Source: Schmidtea polychroa (Eukaryota). From it: 64,000 nt of DNA. The translations under genes and the position numbers were made by a program. Positions 62,901 through 64,000 of this stretch are shown piece after piece. Positions within the stretch are counted from its first letter, which is position 1, and every line of letters starts with the position of its first letter. The notes under the pieces were generated by a model. The model was given only the letters and a program-made list of their open reading frames with translations. It ran no database searches and had not been told where the DNA came from. The stretch lies in NCBI GenBank assembly GCA_044892525.1, contig CM097885.1, forward strand, positions 235,414,001-235,478,000. Direction: 5' to 3'.

Positions 62901-64000
62901 TCACACACGGGATCAAGCAGTGTATGGTATATATTGATGATTTATTAATATATTCAGCAACTTTCGAACAACATTTGGAAGATATCAGAAACGTGTTCGT
63001 TCGATTACGACAATGGAAACTGAAACTTAAACCATCCAAATGTGATTGGGCAAAAGAAAAGGTTACGTTCTTAGGACACATAGTGTCAGCAAAAGGCAAA
63101 GAACCAGATCCAAGAAACATAGAAAAAATAAAAACATGTCCAGCACCAAAAACTGTCACCCAAGTTCAAGAATTTCTCGGATTATGCGGATATTATCGAA
63201 AATTCATCAAAAACTATGCAGGTATTGCGAAACCAATACAGGAATTAGTGAAAAAGGATATTTCATTTATTTGGGGTGCAGAACAACAAAAAGCGTTTGA
63301 GACATTGCGAGATAAATTAATTGAAGCCCCAATACTAGTACATCCTGATTTCAAGAAACCGTTCCTATTAGCAACAGATGCAAGTGGATATGCAGCCGGA
63401 GCAATATTAGGACAACTGGATGAAGAAGGAAAAGAAAGAGTGATTGGATACTACAGTAGAACGTTTAAAAAGCACGAGAAAAACTATTCCGTAACCGAGA
63501 GAGAAGCGTTAGCAATCATACAAGCAATTAAACATTTTCGATATTTGTTATGGGGACACGAAATATGTATCACCACGGATCATCAACCATTAGTATGGCT
63601 TGGTCAACACAAAGAAGCTTCAAGTAGATTGATGCGATGGGCAATGCAGTTACAAGAATATTCACCGTTCATAAAATTCAAAGCGGGAAGAGCGAATGCC
63701 AATGCGGATTGTATGTCCAGATTTATCTTTCCAGATTTAGTAGATCACGAAATGCAACGAATATGTCTGATGGTAGCAGAAGATTTAGATTTTTGCCAAT
63801 TACGGAAAGACCAACAAGAGGATACAGAGTTGAAGCAAATCATTGAATATGTGAAAACAGGGAAAGCAGAGGTATATGAGAAAGATCAAAAATTGAAGGA
63901 GCATATGGATAAACATCGACATCGATATATTATCGAGAAAGATTGGTTATTGATAATGGATGGCGAGAAAAGACTGATGTGCATTCCCGAGAATAGACGT
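53924..64000 (+). CDS. Single Gag-accessory-Env-Pol polyprotein, at least 3359 codons, 3' partial; first in-frame ATG at 54479
   Basis: Frame +2 is open from the TGA at 53921 to the window end. I translated most of it by hand and found no stop, and the track lists no closed frame +2 ORF here. Capsid, CCHC, DTG, YIDD and TDAS motifs all fall in this frame. Confidence 0.93.
   Translation, partial: [3359 protein letters not shown]
54479..55020 (+). other. Gag capsid domain
   Basis: [24 protein letters not shown]...[12 protein letters not shown]...[20 protein letters not shown]...YFIEGLR. Confidence 0.9.
55229..55381 (+). other. Nucleocapsid with three CCHC zinc knuckles
   Basis: [28 protein letters not shown] and [14 protein letters not shown]. 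Confidence 0.97.
56474..56700 (+). other. Ubiquitin/SUMO-like domain 1 (putative)
   Basis: [18 protein letters not shown]...[12 protein letters not shown]...[21 protein letters not shown], a beta-grasp-like pattern. Confidence 0.5.
56996..57250 (+). other. Ubiquitin-like domain 2 (putative)
   Basis: [32 protein letters not shown]...[29 protein letters not shown]. Confidence 0.65.
57941..58145 (+). other. Ubiquitin-like domain 3 (putative)
   Basis: [30 protein letters not shown]...[15 protein letters not shown]. Confidence 0.65.
58690..59170 (+). other. Bcl-2-like helical domain (putative)
   Basis: VIEQL...LVVLTYL followed by [15 protein letters not shown], a BH2-like GGW at BH1-BH2 spacing. 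Confidence 0.5.
59273..61620 (+). other. Internal signal peptide, chuvirus-like envelope glycoprotein ectodomain, TM anchor (about 60995-61090) and cytoplasmic tail
   Basis: [24 protein letters not shown]...YSLRDIEEC...YCGQYSYS...GSCNGG...LYANNKMDF...DCSLNKEIL...[10 protein letters not shown]...FVQPVTRI...AGMYSPEDL...[22 protein letters not shown], with 14 ectodomain Cys. Confidence 0.85.
61631..62023 (+). other. Aspartic protease
   Basis: [17 protein letters not shown] (DTG 61712-61720) and CIIGTDLM. Confidence 0.95.
62380..63200 (+). other. Reverse transcriptase
   Basis: [51 protein letters not shown] and YIDD (62930-62941). Confidence 0.98.
63355..63730 (+). other. RNase H (Ty3 type), followed by the start of integrase
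   Basis: [18 protein letters not shown]...VIGYYSR...[12 protein letters not shown]...ITTDHQPL...NANADCMSR. The window ends at [10 protein letters not shown], just before the expected integrase HHCC. Confidence 0.95.

Larger units (their letters stand above)
47023..64000 (+). mobile_element. Giant Gypsy/Ty3 LTR retroelement with env-like gene (5' boundary approximate; continues beyond the window)
   Basis: Intact Gag-PR-RT-RH-IN-order polyprotein preceded by about 7 kb of GC-richer sequence with two intact ORFs and a tandem array. The 3' LTR is not in the window, so the LTR cannot be confirmed by repetition. Confidence 0.8.

Noticed and set aside
63769-63780. TGGTAGCAGA, which matches a tRNA-iMet primer-binding site
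   Set aside because: It lies inside the pol frame (MVAE) at the RH/IN junction, not next to an LTR.
55145-63846. Many short track ORFs on the minus strand and in + frames 1/3 within the polyprotein
   Set aside because: They are shadow ORFs of the long frame +2 ORF, with no recognisable domains.

Overview
Very AT-rich eukaryotic (animal) genomic scaffold with seven N gaps. It has spliceosomal introns, (ATT)n/(TA)n microsatellites and many decayed transposons; the texture is compatible with a planarian flatworm, but that is inference only. Positions 1-47 kb hold one host gene, a six-exon MyT1/NZF-family CCHHC zinc-finger transcription factor (19441-28212, +). It sits among relics and MITEs of Gypsy, Penelope, Tigger/pogo, Tc1, hAT, Merlin, piggyBac, Ginger-like and Helitron elements. 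From about 47 kb to the window end lies an apparently intact giant Gypsy/Ty3 LTR retroelement. It has two accessory ORFs (a 253-aa orphan and an IAP/MDM2-type RING protein), an 80-bp tandem array, and one uninterrupted frame +2 reading frame of at least 3359 codons (53924->64000). That frame is missing from the ORF track because it has no stop inside the window. Its domain order is: Gag capsid, 3 zinc knuckles, 3 ubiquitin-like domains, AT-hook, Bcl-2-like domain, internal signal peptide, chuvirus-like envelope glycoprotein with TM anchor, protease, RT, RNase H, start of integrase. An envelope glycoprotein placed in frame between Gag and protease is the most unusual feature of the window. Domain calls come from motif recognition by eye and need HMM or structure confirmation.
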